Part shown: in pieces, positions 20,567 through 30,588 of the stretch | Numbering within the stretch: the first letter of the stretch is position 1 | Layout of the letters: every line of letters begins with the position of its first letter | DNA from: Bacteroidota bacterium | GTDB lineage: Bacteria; Bacteroidota; Bacteroidia; Bacteroidales; Prolixibacteraceae | Assembly (NCBI GenBank): GCA_039714235.1 | Contig: JBDLJS010000001.1 | Span: 17,595 to 81,594, forward strand | Length of the DNA: 64,000 nucleotides | Direction: 5' to 3' | Program-made: the position numbers and the translations under genes | The notes under the pieces: model-generated | What the model was told of the DNA's origin: nothing | The model's input: only the letters and a program-made list of their open reading frames with translations | Databases searched by the model: none

Positions 20567-22222
20567 TTAATTACTTAACAGCTCCTGCGCAGCTTTAATT
20601 GTTGTATCTGTTAACTTCTCACCACCTACCATTTTAGCCAGTTCCTCTACCCTTTCGTCGTCATCAAGTTTTTTAACCGATGTAAATGTTTTGTCGTTTT
20701 TTTCGAATTTGTATACCTGGAAATGGGCATCGCCTTTGGCGGCAATCTGCGGTAAATGGGTAATGTTTATTATTTGTGTCGATGCGGAGAATGATTTGAT
20801 AATGTTCCCCATTTTAATGGCAATTTCTCCCGACACGCCCGAGTCAATTTCATCGAATATTACTGTTGGCAAGGCTTTCGAGCTTCTTAATAAATTTTTA
20901 ATTGCAAGCATCAGCCTTGACATCTCTCCGCCTGATGCTATTTTTGATATATCGTCGGGTACAGAATCGGCGTTGGCACTAAAAATAAATGAGATTTGGT
21001 CTTTCCCGTTTGACTGAAAATCTTCCAGCAGATTATGTACAACCTGGAATTTCGATTTAACCATTCCCAGTTGTTTCAAATCGCCGACAACCGACTTTTC
21101 GATAGTTGAAAACGATTTTTTACGGATAGTCGAAAGCTGTTCTGCTTTCTTTTCAAGTAACCGATATTGATTTTCTAATTCTGTTTCAAGTTTTTTAATT
21201 TCATCTTCGTAACCAACTACCCGGTTTATTTTTTTGTCAAAGTCGTCTTTTACTTTAATTAATTCTTTAACACTCGCCACATGGTGCTTCTGCTGTAGAC
21301 TGTAAATCAGGTTTAATCGATCGTTAATCTGTTCAATTCGTGCCGGGTTAAATTCAATCTTTTCGGCCAGCAATCCGGCTTCCTCAACAATATCTTTTAA
21401 CTCAAATATCGAACTTTGCAGTCGATCCGAAAGCCCGCCAGCCTCTTCCGTAAAATCTTTAATCCGCTCAAGTATTTTTTGACTCTCTTTTACGTTACCG
21501 ATAATTGAAAAATGTTCATCATCAAGCAATTGATTAACTTTTGCAAATGCCCCTTTTATCTCCTCGGCATGAATTAACTTTTCCAACTCGCTTTCCAGCT
21601 CTTCCTGTTCGTGTTCCTGCAGTTTTGCCTCCTCCAGTTGGTTAAACTGAAACTGGTAGTAATCCATGTCGGCACTATTGTTTTCAGCCTTCTTCTTTAA
21701 ATCGGCAAGCTGTTTTTGCATTTGCCTGTACTGGTTGTATAACTTCTTGTTATCTGTTAAAATATCGTTGGAACCGGCAACCGTATCAACCAAACCGAGC
21801 TGGAACTTCTGATTGCTTAACTCCAGGTTCTGATGCTGCGAATGAATATCGATTAACTTTAAACCCAATTCGCGCATGACATTTAAATTAACCGGGGTAT
21901 CGTTAATAAAAGCACGCGATTTTCCTGATGGTGTAATTTCCCTGCGTAAAATTGTCGATGGATCATAATCCAGATCCTTTTCTTCGAAAAATGTATTCAG
22001 GCTATAATTATCAACCTCGAATTGACCTTCAACAATGCATTTCTCATCCTTATTTTTTAATACTGAAAGGTCGGCGCGGTTACCTAGTATTAATCCCAAA
22101 GCTCCCAGAATTATCGATTTCCCGGCACCGGTTTCGCCGGTAACAGTATTCAGGTTTTTATGAAATCCGACCTGTAAAGTACTGATTAAAGCATAGTTGG
22201 AAATTGATAATCGTACCAGCAT
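20567..22222 (-). CDS. recN: DNA repair protein RecN
   Basis: TGETGAGKS Walker A, SGGEMSRLML signature, FDEIDSGVSG, ITHLPQIAA. Confidence 0.96.
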   Translation of the reverse strand: MLVRLSISNYALISTLQVGFHKNLNTVTGETGAGKSIILGALGLILGNRADLSVLKNKDEKCIVEGQFEVDNYSLNTFFEEKDLDYDPSTILRREITPSGKSRAFINDTPVNLNVMRELGLKLIDIHSQHQNLELSNQKFQLGLVDTVAGSNDILTDNKKLYNQYRQMQKQLADLKKKAENNSADMDYYQFQFNQLEEAKLQEHEQEELESELEKLIHAEEIKGAFAKVNQLLDDEHFSIIGNVKESQKILERIKDFTEEAGGLSDRLQSSIFELKDIVEEAGLLAEKIEFNPARIEQINDRLNLIYSLQQKHHVASVKELIKVKDDFDKKINRVVGYEDEIKKLETELENQYRLLEKKAEQLSTIRKKSFSTIEKSVVGDLKQLGMVKSKFQVVHNLLEDFQSNGKDQISFIFSANADSVPDDISKIASGGEMSRLMLAIKNLLRSSKALPTVIFDEIDSGVSGEIAIKMGNIIKSFSASTQIINITHLPQIAAKGDAHFQVYKFEKNDKTFTSVKKLDDDERVEELAKMVGGEKLTDTTIKAAQELLSN

Positions 22223-22349
22223 TTATCTTTTCTTATATAAAAGCGTTTTCGGGGAACTAAAATACCAAATTCAGCTTACAAATAATCATTTGCATCCGAA
22301 CTAGTTATAAACAACCCCTGAATCCGTCAGTTGACAGACAGGCGCTAAA

Positions 22350-23258
22350 CTAAAACCCCTCTTCCTTGGCAATACTTTCATACTTCCTTCCGTTCGACGG
22401 ATCTATCTCGTTAAGAATTGCCATTACACGATTCCGTTCGTCGGGATACGATTTTGAGAAAATTTTAACTAATTCGTCTGATTTAGAATCGAAAAACATT
22501 TGCAGAATATAAGTAGAAGGTTTACGCCTGAAAACTTTCTGCATACCGCGTAATGAACTGGCTATATTGGCCCGTCCCTCTTCTGCCCTGTCCGACATCA
22601 AATCCAAACCGTCCCGATGATATTCGTACATACTGCTTCTGTAGTCGGAATACGATTTGTTCAGAATATTTTCAATCAGCCAGTACCTGTTTCTCTCACT
22701 TTCGAATGCTTTCCACCCTTTTTCGCGTGCATTCTGCGAATTATTTACAATGGCCTCTGCTTTCTGAAAGAATTCTGTACCCCCTTCAGGAGAAAAAGTA
22801 TCGTAATCGAAACCTAAAATTACATACGCATAAAATGCCATAATATTAGTCAGGTTATCCCTGTTCGAGGTTTCGTTAAATTCGAGGGGTTGAAACTCTA
22901 CATACTTGCAATGAAAATTGTTGTCTTTAATATTTAAAACAGTAGATGTGTAGCTCGAATTAAAAATCGGGCGGGTAAGTTGTACCTGGATGGAGCCTTT
23001 AAATTCATCAGCAGATATTTGTTGGTCCAGCCTGATCATTATATTACATTTTATTTTTTCGTCGTAACTGTAAACGTGCTCAGTCCATTTTCGGTTATTC
23101 ATAAAGTCGTATAAATCGGACTGCATGGTACGGAAAAGGTTTTGATTAGCCCCCTGAATACTCCGGGCAGACACGGTAACATTACAACGTAACTCCTGGG
23201 CAGATCCAATAAAGGTGGTAACAAATATTAACAGTGATATTATAATTAACTTTCTCAT
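22350..23258 (-). CDS. DUF4835 family protein (T9SS-associated PorD-like)
   Basis: Signal peptide, AQELRCNVTV, FMNNRKWT, YAYVILGFDYDTF; conserved position between coaBC and recN. Confidence 0.8.
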   Translation of the reverse strand: MRKLIIISLLIFVTTFIGSAQELRCNVTVSARSIQGANQNLFRTMQSDLYDFMNNRKWTEHVYSYDEKIKCNIMIRLDQQISADEFKGSIQVQLTRPIFNSSYTSTVLNIKDNNFHCKYVEFQPLEFNETSNRDNLTNIMAFYAYVILGFDYDTFSPEGGTEFFQKAEAIVNNSQNAREKGWKAFESERNRYWLIENILNKSYSDYRSSMYEYHRDGLDLMSDRAEEGRANIASSLRGMQKVFRRKPSTYILQMFFDSKSDELVKIFSKSYPDERNRVMAILNEIDPSNGRKYESIAKEEGF

Positions 23259-23282
23259 ATAAATCGGAGTTGTAAAACAAAA

Positions 23283-24488
23283 TTAAACAGTGTCTAATTG
23301 AATTATTTTTTTAACAATATCTTTTGCCACTTCTTTCTTACTCTTTAACTCAAATTCCAGTTTATTATTGTTTTTGTCAATAATTGTAATCTTGTTGGTA
23401 TCAACGCCAAATCCTGCTCCGGCATCTTTTAATGAATTAAGCACGATAAAGTCGAGATTTTTCTTTTCCAGTTTCCTTTGTGCATTACTTAACTCATTGG
23501 TTGTCTCTAGCGCGAAACCCACAAGAATTTGGTTATCTTTTTTCAGTTTGCCCAGCGCAGCGGCAATATCTTTTGTGGGCTGCAATTCAATTTTCAGATT
23601 TTCTTTTCCACGTTTGGTCTTCACCTCCTCTTTTATAACCGGAGTAAAATCGGCAACAGCTGCACTCATTACCGCTCCGTCGCAGTCCGGAAATATTTTA
23701 ACTGAATGCCGGTACATCTCCCCTGCCGATTCAACCGGAATCACTTCTATCCCATCTTTTTGGGTGGATACTGAAACCGGCCCGGAAACCAAAACTACCC
23801 TGGCACCCTGTTCAGCTAACTCTTCGGCAATGGCATACCCCATTTTACCTGAAGAGTAGTTACCAACAAATCGTACCGGATCTATTTTTTCGTTAGTGGG
23901 GCCTGCAGTAACAAGAAATGTTTTATTCAGAAGTTTTTTTTTTCGAGAAAAATGGCCAATCAATTTTTCGAGGATATTTTCCGGCTCTTCCATTCTGCCT
24001 TTTCCTTCAAGGCCGCTGGCAAGTTCTCCTTCTCCGGGTTCAATTATAATATTTCCGTACTCTTTTAATACCGAAATATTTTTTTGGGTAGAAGGGTGTG
24101 CAAACATATCTAAATCCATTGCCGGAGCCACAAACACCGGGCATTTTGCCGACAAATAGGTTGTAACCAGCATATTGTCGGCAATACCGTTTGCCATTTT
24201 ACCAATGGTAGTTGCAGTTGCAGGAGCCACCACCATAGCATCGGCCCACAAACCTAAATCCACATGGCTGTTCCAGGTACCGTCGTTTGCGCCAAAAAAC
24301 TCGCTTATAACGGGCTTATTCGAAAGGGCTGACAGAGTTACAGGGGTTATAAATTCTTTTCCCGAAGGTGTAATAACCACCTGTATCTCAGCACCTTCTT
24401 TTACAAGAAGCCGCAACAGCACAGCTGCTTTATAAGCAGCTATACTTCCGGTAATGCCAAGTACTATTTTTTTCCCTTCAAGCCTCAT
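23283..24488 (-). CDS. coaBC: Phosphopantothenoylcysteine decarboxylase/ligase
   Basis: GITGSIAAYKA, APAMDLDM, GKGRMEEP, TAGPT.EKIDPVRF.GN.SSGKMG. Confidence 0.96.
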   Translation of the reverse strand: MRLEGKKIVLGITGSIAAYKAAVLLRLLVKEGAEIQVVITPSGKEFITPVTLSALSNKPVISEFFGANDGTWNSHVDLGLWADAMVVAPATATTIGKMANGIADNMLVTTYLSAKCPVFVAPAMDLDMFAHPSTQKNISVLKEYGNIIIEPGEGELASGLEGKGRMEEPENILEKLIGHFSRKKKLLNKTFLVTAGPTNEKIDPVRFVGNYSSGKMGYAIAEELAEQGARVVLVSGPVSVSTQKDGIEVIPVESAGEMYRHSVKIFPDCDGAVMSAAVADFTPVIKEEVKTKRGKENLKIELQPTKDIAAALGKLKKDNQILVGFALETTNELSNAQRKLEKKNLDFIVLNSLKDAGAGFGVDTNKITIIDKNNNKLEFELKSKKEVAKDIVKKIIQLDTV

Positions 24489-24499
24489 CGGGCAGGAAA

Positions 24500-24835
24500 T
24501 TATATGCGTTGTTTATTCTCGCGCGAAGGATTACGATGATAAATTTCGCCTTCTTTTAATTCCTCAAAAGCAATTAAAGTTGGTTTTGGCAATCGTTCGT
24601 AGAATTTAGAAATTTCAATCTGTTCCCTGTTCTCGAAAATCTCTTCCAGATTATCGGTATATGAAGCAAACTCCTGAAGTTTCTGGTTTAACTCTTCTTT
24701 CAGTTCTGAAGAAATCTGATTAGCCCTTTTGGCTAATAGCATAACCGTTTCGTAAATATTTCCTGTTTCCTGTGTCAACACTTCCAAATCGCGCGAAATG
24801 GTACTCTGTGCTGCTTTTGTCTTTTTATAATCCAT
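24500..24835 (-). CDS. rpoZ: RNA polymerase omega subunit (Bacteroidota type)
   Basis: GNIYE....AKRANQI and EQIEISKFYERLPKPT; bamD-rpoZ-coaBC synteny. Confidence 0.88.
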   Translation of the reverse strand: MDYKKTKAAQSTISRDLEVLTQETGNIYETVMLLAKRANQISSELKEELNQKLQEFASYTDNLEEIFENREQIEISKFYERLPKPTLIAFEELKEGEIYHRNPSRENKQRI

Positions 24836-24838
24836 TAT

Positions 24839-25660
24839 CTAATTAATATTTGTTTCTTCTTTGTAATTCAACACTTTCGAAGCCGTTTCGTAAAACCTGC
24901 CGGCTTCCCTTTTATGTTTGCTTTCCGGGTATTCGTCGATAAACGAGAAATATTCGTCGAGTGCATTCGAAAACCTGGCTTCGCGTTTTTCAGGTACACT
25001 TTTAACCGCCAACAGGTATTTCGATTTTAGCAACATATATTTCAGCTCTTCACGGTATTTACTATCGGGATATTTACCCAGGCTGTTATTCAAAGCAATA
25101 ACCGCAGCTTTATAATTTTCAAAATCGTAATACAATTTAGCACTTAAATACGACTTATACACCAATTTATCCTGAAGTTCGTCGATTAAGCGGTTTGCTT
25201 CGTCAACTCTCTCGCTGTACGGATAAAGGTTAATATATAACTGAAGTGCATCTATTGCCTCTTGTGTCACTTTCTGGTCGAGCCTTGGTTTTGGCGATAT
25301 TAAATAAGCACAATACCCTATCATATACTGTGCTTCTTCTGTATAATCACTTGTAGGAAACTCTCTAACCAGCGACTTAAAATAATGCCCGGCCATTAAG
25401 TAATCTTTCTGACCAATCATACTTTTTGCATAATAGTAGTAAATCTTATCGGCTCTAGTTGTTCCCCGGTAAATATTAACCAGTTCCTGAAAGAGGGTAC
25501 CGGCTTTAACATATTCTCCATCCTCGTAATACTCTACTGCTTTTTTGTATTTAAATTCGTAATCGGTGCTTTTAACAATTTTGTTATAGTCACTACACGA
25601 GCTTAAAACCATTAAAGCCAGCATAAATATTATCCCCAAAAATCTCATTTTCATTAACAT
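24839..25660 (-). CDS. bamD: Outer membrane assembly lipoprotein BamD
   Basis: Lipobox LSSC, TPR helices, SPKPRLDQ..T..AI..LQ.YIN.YP. The true start may be one of the next two Met codons. Confidence 0.9.
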   Translation of the reverse strand: MLMKMRFLGIIFMLALMVLSSCSDYNKIVKSTDYEFKYKKAVEYYEDGEYVKAGTLFQELVNIYRGTTRADKIYYYYAKSMIGQKDYLMAGHYFKSLVREFPTSDYTEEAQYMIGYCAYLISPKPRLDQKVTQEAIDALQLYINLYPYSERVDEANRLIDELQDKLVYKSYLSAKLYYDFENYKAAVIALNNSLGKYPDSKYREELKYMLLKSKYLLAVKSVPEKREARFSNALDEYFSFIDEYPESKHKREAGRFYETASKVLNYKEETNIN

Positions 25661-25851
25661 GGCGCAAAAATATATTTTTTTTACAGAACTGAAACCATTT
25701 GAGCATCAATTTTTTTAACGTATAACAACAAATTAAATTATACGTAGATTATTCATTATTAGCTTCATACATTTATATTATAAAAATATAACGGCCTGAA
25801 ATTAAACATGTTTTGCCTGGCGATGATTATCAATTAGTAATATTTAACACA

Positions 25852-25882
25852 TTTGCTCTGAATTTAAAAAAGTTTACATTTG
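25852..25882 (+). promoter_or_regulatory. Canonical Bacteroidota sigma-70 promoter
   Basis: TTTG (25852-25855), 19-nt spacer, TACATTTG (25875-25882) matches the -33/-7 consensus TTTG-N19-21-TAnnTTTG. Confidence 0.7.
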
Positions 25883-25912
25883 CATCTTTAATAAACTTTT
25901 AAATTTAACGAT

Positions 25913-27175
25913 GTGGATATTTTTGCCAAATTCAGAGAAAACAAAGGAGATATAGGTAAGTGGATGGAACATATTCATGGTTATTTTGCATTCCCTAAGC
26001 TGGAAGGTGAAATCAGTTCAAGAATGATGTTTCGCGGGAAAGAGGTTCTTACCTGGAGTTTGAACAATTATTTGGGACTGGGAAACCATCCTGATGTTAG
26101 AAAAGTGGATGCCGAAGCTGCAGCACAATATGGTATGGCCTACCCAATGGGTGCAAGGATGATGTCAGGGCAAACTAAATATCACGAACAACTTGAGAGA
26201 GAACTTGCTGCATTTGTAGGAAAACAGGATGCTTTCTTATTAAATTACGGCTACCAGGGAATGGTTTCTGTAATTGATGCAATTGCCGGAAGAAATGACG
26301 TTATTGTTTACGATTCGGAATCACACGCCTGTATTATGGATGGTGTGTTTTTACATAAAGCAAAAGGTGGGAAAAGTTATGTGTTCCCTCATAACGATAT
26401 TGAGCGTGCACGTAAAATGCTTGGTTTTGCCAAAAAACGTATTGAAGAAACCGGTGGAGGTATTTTAGTTGTTACTGAAGGTGTTTTTGGAATGTCAGGA
26501 GATCTTGGGAAACTGGATGAAATAGTTGCCCTGAAAGATGATTTTGAGTTCAGGTTGCTGGTAGACGATGCCCACGGATTTGGGACGATGGGAAAAACCG
26601 GTTCGGGTGCACCTGAGCACTTTGGTGTACAGGACGGCGTTGACCTTCATTTTGGAACATTTGCAAAAGCCATGGCAGGAATTGGTGGATTTATTGCCGG
26701 TGAAACAGATATTGTTTACTATCTGCGATATAACATGCGTTCGCAAACTTATGCAAAGTCATTACCAATGCCAATGGTAAAAGGTGCTTTAAAACGATTG
26801 GATATGATTCGTACCGAACCTGAGCATAAGGAAAAACTCTGGACAATTGTTAATGCATTACAGTCAGGATTAAAAAAGGCAGGCTTCGACCTTGGTCGTA
26901 CAAATTCACCGGTAACCCCTGTTTATATGAAAGGTGGTGAAGTAGAAGCAACCAACCTGGTTTACGATTTACGCGAAAATTATGGAATTTTCTGTTCAAT
27001 TGTTGTTTATCCTGTAATACCAAAAGGAGAGCTTATCCTACGTTTAATACCAACAGCAATGCATTCTCTGGAAAATGTTGAAGAAACATTAAGCGCCTTT
27101 CAGGAAGTACGTAAAAAACTGGAAGCCGGAGCATATTCAAAAACAGAAATTGCCAACGTTAAGGTTGATATGTAA
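25913..27175 (+). CDS. Alpha-oxoamine synthase family PLP enzyme, probable cysteate acyl-ACP transferase (sulfonolipid/capnine synthesis, CapB/SulA-type)
   Basis: HGYFAFPKLEGEI, WSLNNYLGL, MGARMMSGQT, VDDAHG and TFAK motifs match my recollection of Alistipes SulA rather than Bacteroides Spt (FGSNSYLGL, GSRFLNGT). Confidence 0.7.
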   Translation: MDIFAKFRENKGDIGKWMEHIHGYFAFPKLEGEISSRMMFRGKEVLTWSLNNYLGLGNHPDVRKVDAEAAAQYGMAYPMGARMMSGQTKYHEQLERELAAFVGKQDAFLLNYGYQGMVSVIDAIAGRNDVIVYDSESHACIMDGVFLHKAKGGKSYVFPHNDIERARKMLGFAKKRIEETGGGILVVTEGVFGMSGDLGKLDEIVALKDDFEFRLLVDDAHGFGTMGKTGSGAPEHFGVQDGVDLHFGTFAKAMAGIGGFIAGETDIVYYLRYNMRSQTYAKSLPMPMVKGALKRLDMIRTEPEHKEKLWTIVNALQSGLKKAGFDLGRTNSPVTPVYMKGGEVEATNLVYDLRENYGIFCSIVVYPVIPKGELILRLIPTAMHSLENVEETLSAFQEVRKKLEAGAYSKTEIANVKVDM

Positions 27176-27197
27176 GATTTTTACAAGAATATATTCT

Positions 27198-27225
27198 AAA
27201 GGGAGCTTAACGGCTCCCTTTTTTT
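27198..27225 (+). terminator. Intrinsic terminator
   Basis: AAAGGGAGC-TTAACG-GCTCCCTTT-TTTT. Confidence 0.8.
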
Positions 27226-27232
27226 ATGTTCC

Positions 27233-27931
27233 TTAATCAATTGGTGTAGTCTGTTCGATTGGTGTTAATTCAATTTTCCTGAACTCAACCTCCGAGCCTT
27301 CAGCCTGAACGGCAATCTGACCTTTTGTGGCAGTGCAATTATAGCCGTAATTTACTAAATCGTCGTTCACCCACACTTTAATAGTATCGGCCAGACATTC
27401 CACAACCATCTGGTTCCATTCGCCTACCGGATTCTCCGAACCATCTGTCACATTCAGTATTCGTCTGTTTTTACCTTCCACAATTCCCCACTTCTCTTTT
27501 GGGCCCCTGCGGGTTTCCATATCGGGAACGGTAATATCTTCAACAATACACCAAAAATCGCCCGCATTTTGGTGCATCATCTGCACTTCCAGCGATTTCG
27601 GAAACATTTTATACAGTGCCCTGGGTGTTGACGCATGTACCAAAACGCCACAATTCCCGGGTTCTGCGGCAAAACGATATTCGGCTACCAGCCTGTAATC
27701 CTGAAAAACAGAATCGGTAATCAAATGCCCGGCCGGAGTTCCCAGGCTAACCAAAAACGAATCGCGGACAATAAATGGATTTAATGTATCCGGATTATTA
27801 TCCATGGCCGGCACATCGACATGCCAGCCGTTTAAATCTGTTCCGTTAAAAAGGCATTGAGTCTCAGATTGTTTGGGTTGGCAGGAGAAAATGATTATAG
27901 TTACGGTTAAAAGAAAAATTTGTTTTTTCAT
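27233..27931 (-). CDS. DUF1080 (3-keto-disaccharide hydrolase-like) lipoprotein
   Basis: Start at MKKQIFLL (27931), lipobox IFSC, LFNGTDLNGW, GEWNQM and QAEGSEVEFRKI. Confidence 0.85.
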   Translation of the reverse strand: MKKQIFLLTVTIIIFSCQPKQSETQCLFNGTDLNGWHVDVPAMDNNPDTLNPFIVRDSFLVSLGTPAGHLITDSVFQDYRLVAEYRFAAEPGNCGVLVHASTPRALYKMFPKSLEVQMMHQNAGDFWCIVEDITVPDMETRRGPKEKWGIVEGKNRRILNVTDGSENPVGEWNQMVVECLADTIKVWVNDDLVNYGYNCTATKGQIAVQAEGSEVEFRKIELTPIEQTTPID

Positions 27932-28028
27932 AGTTGTTTTTTTTATGGTATAATTTTTCACCCCTCTTTCCTCCTTCGTCGGACATCTCCCCTCCGTGAA
28001 GGAAGAAAATTCATGGACATGGAATAAA

Positions 28029-29294
28029 CTATTTTATGAATTTATCGGCCCATTTAATGTATTGTTCCCAGTCGTAATCGGTAACATCGTGTTTTCCTGT
28101 TCGAATATGGTATGCAACCGTATTTTGGATTGGCTGATTAACTGCAGGCATTTCCTTTTGAATGATACCCTTTTTCCCGTATAGTTCATAAACTGGTGTG
28201 GCATACAACGCTGAAAGGAATTCTCCTTTGGGGTCGGCCCACTTGTCTTCTTCTGCACTGGCAACATAAACCGGGCGTGGAGCTAATAATGCTATCAACT
28301 CATGCTGGTCAGCAGGTAATGCCTCCTCGTTTTTAGCAAATCCTTTAAAATTTTTACAAAACCAATGCGGAAAACTTTTTGTAATTCTCCAAATGGTTTC
28401 TCCGTACCTCCGTTTTGAAAGTGCAGCACCTCCACAACCCGAATTATTGGAAATTACCCCGGCAAAACGCCCATCGGTAGCTCCTGCCCACAACGATGTT
28501 TTACCCAGCCGCGAATGTCCGAAAACAATCACACGCGATGCATCTATATTTTTATCTTTTTCAAAATAATCCATTGCTTTACTCAACCCCCAGGCCCATG
28601 CCGAAATGGATCCCCATTCGTTATTGGCCGGCTGCTGCTGGTCGTCGACATAAAACAATGGGTGCACACCGTCTGTCATATCATCTTTATCCGGATCTAC
28701 CTCGCCGTAATATATAACCGCCAGTCCATAACCGGCATCTATAATTTTCTCAATTGGCCACCGGTTTGTTCTTACCCCTCTCGATTGTTCGGTAAGCTGA
28801 TTGTTTATAATCCCAAACGAGGGATTATTTCTTGTCCATGCCTCCGAAATTATAATATTGGAATTCTCAGTAATCGTATGATTTCCGTAAAAATTGTATC
28901 CCACAAAAACCGGAACCTGTTTATCAGTTTTTGGCAGACATAAATAAATCGTAAAACTTAATGTACGACCATCTCGTTCGAAATTCAACTCCACCTGTTT
29001 TCTCCTTGCTTTTCCGCCACAAGCACCATCGCTTTTTTCCAAAACTTCGAATGACTTAATATTCAGTTTTCCCGGAACTTCGCCATAAACATTTTGGGAA
29101 AAGAATTCAAGCAACTCAGGTCGTCCTTTCTTTTCCCATTGCTTCGTTTTTTTAATCTTCCTCCCTTTAAAAGTTTTTAACGGGTCGGGCACATTAAATT
29201 CTGGTACTTTGCTTTCGTCGTAATTTGGCTCGAATTGGGCGAAGGTAAATTGTACTGCTAACGAAAAAATCAGAAAGAATACAAATCGTTTCAT
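28029..29294 (-). CDS. CE15-like glucuronoyl/acetylxylan esterase (alpha/beta hydrolase)
   Basis: Signal peptide, NYDESKVP, WGSISAWAWG, nucleophile motif GHSRLGKT, SGCGGAAL, DQHELIAL, WADPKGE. Confidence 0.85.
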   Translation of the reverse strand: MKRFVFFLIFSLAVQFTFAQFEPNYDESKVPEFNVPDPLKTFKGRKIKKTKQWEKKGRPELLEFFSQNVYGEVPGKLNIKSFEVLEKSDGACGGKARRKQVELNFERDGRTLSFTIYLCLPKTDKQVPVFVGYNFYGNHTITENSNIIISEAWTRNNPSFGIINNQLTEQSRGVRTNRWPIEKIIDAGYGLAVIYYGEVDPDKDDMTDGVHPLFYVDDQQQPANNEWGSISAWAWGLSKAMDYFEKDKNIDASRVIVFGHSRLGKTSLWAGATDGRFAGVISNNSGCGGAALSKRRYGETIWRITKSFPHWFCKNFKGFAKNEEALPADQHELIALLAPRPVYVASAEEDKWADPKGEFLSALYATPVYELYGKKGIIQKEMPAVNQPIQNTVAYHIRTGKHDVTDYDWEQYIKWADKFIK

Positions 29295-29552
29295 AATTTA
29301 GCTGGTTGAGATAATCTGTTATTTACTTTAAAATTCGCATTTTGAATCCTGAATGCAAAATTCTGAGATACAATTTTTTAGAAAAAGAGAATTTGAGTTA
29401 GGAGTAAATCAATTTTATTTGCGAATAAGCTTCCCTCCTTTTCTATATGCCTTCTGAATCCCTTTCATGAGGTCCTCTGCTGAAATAGTGTTTTTCCTTT
29501 TTTCCAAAGTTTTTAAACCGGCGTATTGGATAGCGTTCACAATGATTGCCAC
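28792..29552. repeat. Direct repeat copy A (CE15 5' end, intergenic region, ATPase 3' end)
   Basis: Aligns by eye with 30738-31515 along its whole length. Confidence 0.9.
29415..29549 (-). pseudogene. Orphan 3' remnant of an Afp15-like AAA+ ATPase
   Basis: Translates AIIVNAIQYAGLKTLEKRKNTISAEDLMKGIQKAYRKGGKLIRK*, versus ANIVNVIQYAGLKTLEKKKNTISAEDLVKGIKKEYRKEGKLIRK* in the intact ATPase. No start codon. Confidence 0.9.
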
Positions 29553-29625
29553 GGGATTTATTATTGGCTGATTTTTAAACGATTAACCGATAGATTGTAA
29601 TAAATATGAATTCTATTAATACTTT

Positions 29626-30588
29626 TTAAAGCTCAAGTTCAATCCAGGCCGGATCGTGGTCACTACCGTTCCCACCAACTTTTTTTCTTCTGTCAATAAA
29701 AGCTTTCTCAAAATTATCAGTTAGAGAATTACTGATCCAAATATGATCATATAAATGATACTCAAAAACACCGGAACCGGGACTGAAACGATGAGTCCAG
29801 ATATGTGTGTCGGGTGGAAATTTTGTTTTGTTCATTTCACCAATTTCCTCAGGATTTGAAAGAGCATTAGTCAGGTTCAATTCCGTATCTTTTGTAAACG
29901 GTTCCAGAAATTCTGACTCAACGACATCATTCATATCGCCGGTTAAAATATAACGACTGTTTGGCCGTGTTACCGATTTAATAATTTTGGCAATTGTTGC
30001 TGATTGCTTTCTTCTTCTTTCGTTACATGCAATTGCCCCAGCAACCTGGTCTTCGAAGAATGGAACAAAATTACTCTTTAAATGAGTATTGAATATTGTA
30101 AATAATTTGTGTTTTCTTGACCTGTTTAGAACATCTACCTGGAGCAGATCCCGTCCAAAAACGGGGGCACCGTTAGTATCTCCATTGGCACGGGCCTCTT
30201 TCCATGAAGTAATTGCTCCAATGGGATATCTTGATAAAATTCCAACATCAATTAACCTGGAATCATTTCCTTCAATTAAAACAACGTATGGATACCGGTT
30301 TTTTTTCAAATAATCTTTATTGAATTTTTTTAAAATCCCAATGTCCTCAACTTCCTGAACGCAAAGAATATCAACATTTATTCTCAATAAACGCTCAGCT
30401 ATTTCTAAACTTGTTTTGTGACTTTTGGGTTTTACCAAATTACCTTTGAACTTCCGAATGCGGAAATGATCATCTTTATCAAAAGAATAGCTTACTTCAT
30501 TACCTTCTTTAATTTCGTTAATGTTTGCTTTAAAGTTATAACGTGAAAAAAGATTGTTTAGATTAAAAGTTCCTACTGTTAATTTCAT
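29626..30588 (-). CDS. Endonuclease/exonuclease/phosphatase (EEP, DNase I-like fold) protein
   Basis: TFNLNNLF, DILCVQEVE, HLKS, TGDMND, YDHIW and SDHDPA catalytic motifs; no signal peptide. Confidence 0.9.
   Translation of the reverse strand: MKLTVGTFNLNNLFSRYNFKANINEIKEGNEVSYSFDKDDHFRIRKFKGNLVKPKSHKTSLEIAERLLRINVDILCVQEVEDIGILKKFNKDYLKKNRYPYVVLIEGNDSRLIDVGILSRYPIGAITSWKEARANGDTNGAPVFGRDLLQVDVLNRSRKHKLFTIFNTHLKSNFVPFFEDQVAGAIACNERRRKQSATIAKIIKSVTRPNSRYILTGDMNDVVESEFLEPFTKDTELNLTNALSNPEEIGEMNKTKFPPDTHIWTHRFSPGSGVFEYHLYDHIWISNSLTDNFEKAFIDRRKKVGGNGSDHDPAWIELEL

Noticed and set aside
25913-27175. bioF or kbl assignment
   Set aside because: The SLNNYLGL and GARMMSG motifs and the N-terminal extension fit the SulA/CapB-type clade better, and there is no biotin or tdh context.
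27962-28015. GC-rich hairpin between the CE15 and DUF1080 genes as an ncRNA
   Set aside because: Short imperfect stem with a single copy in the window; most likely a REP-like or terminator element, with no supporting evidence for more.
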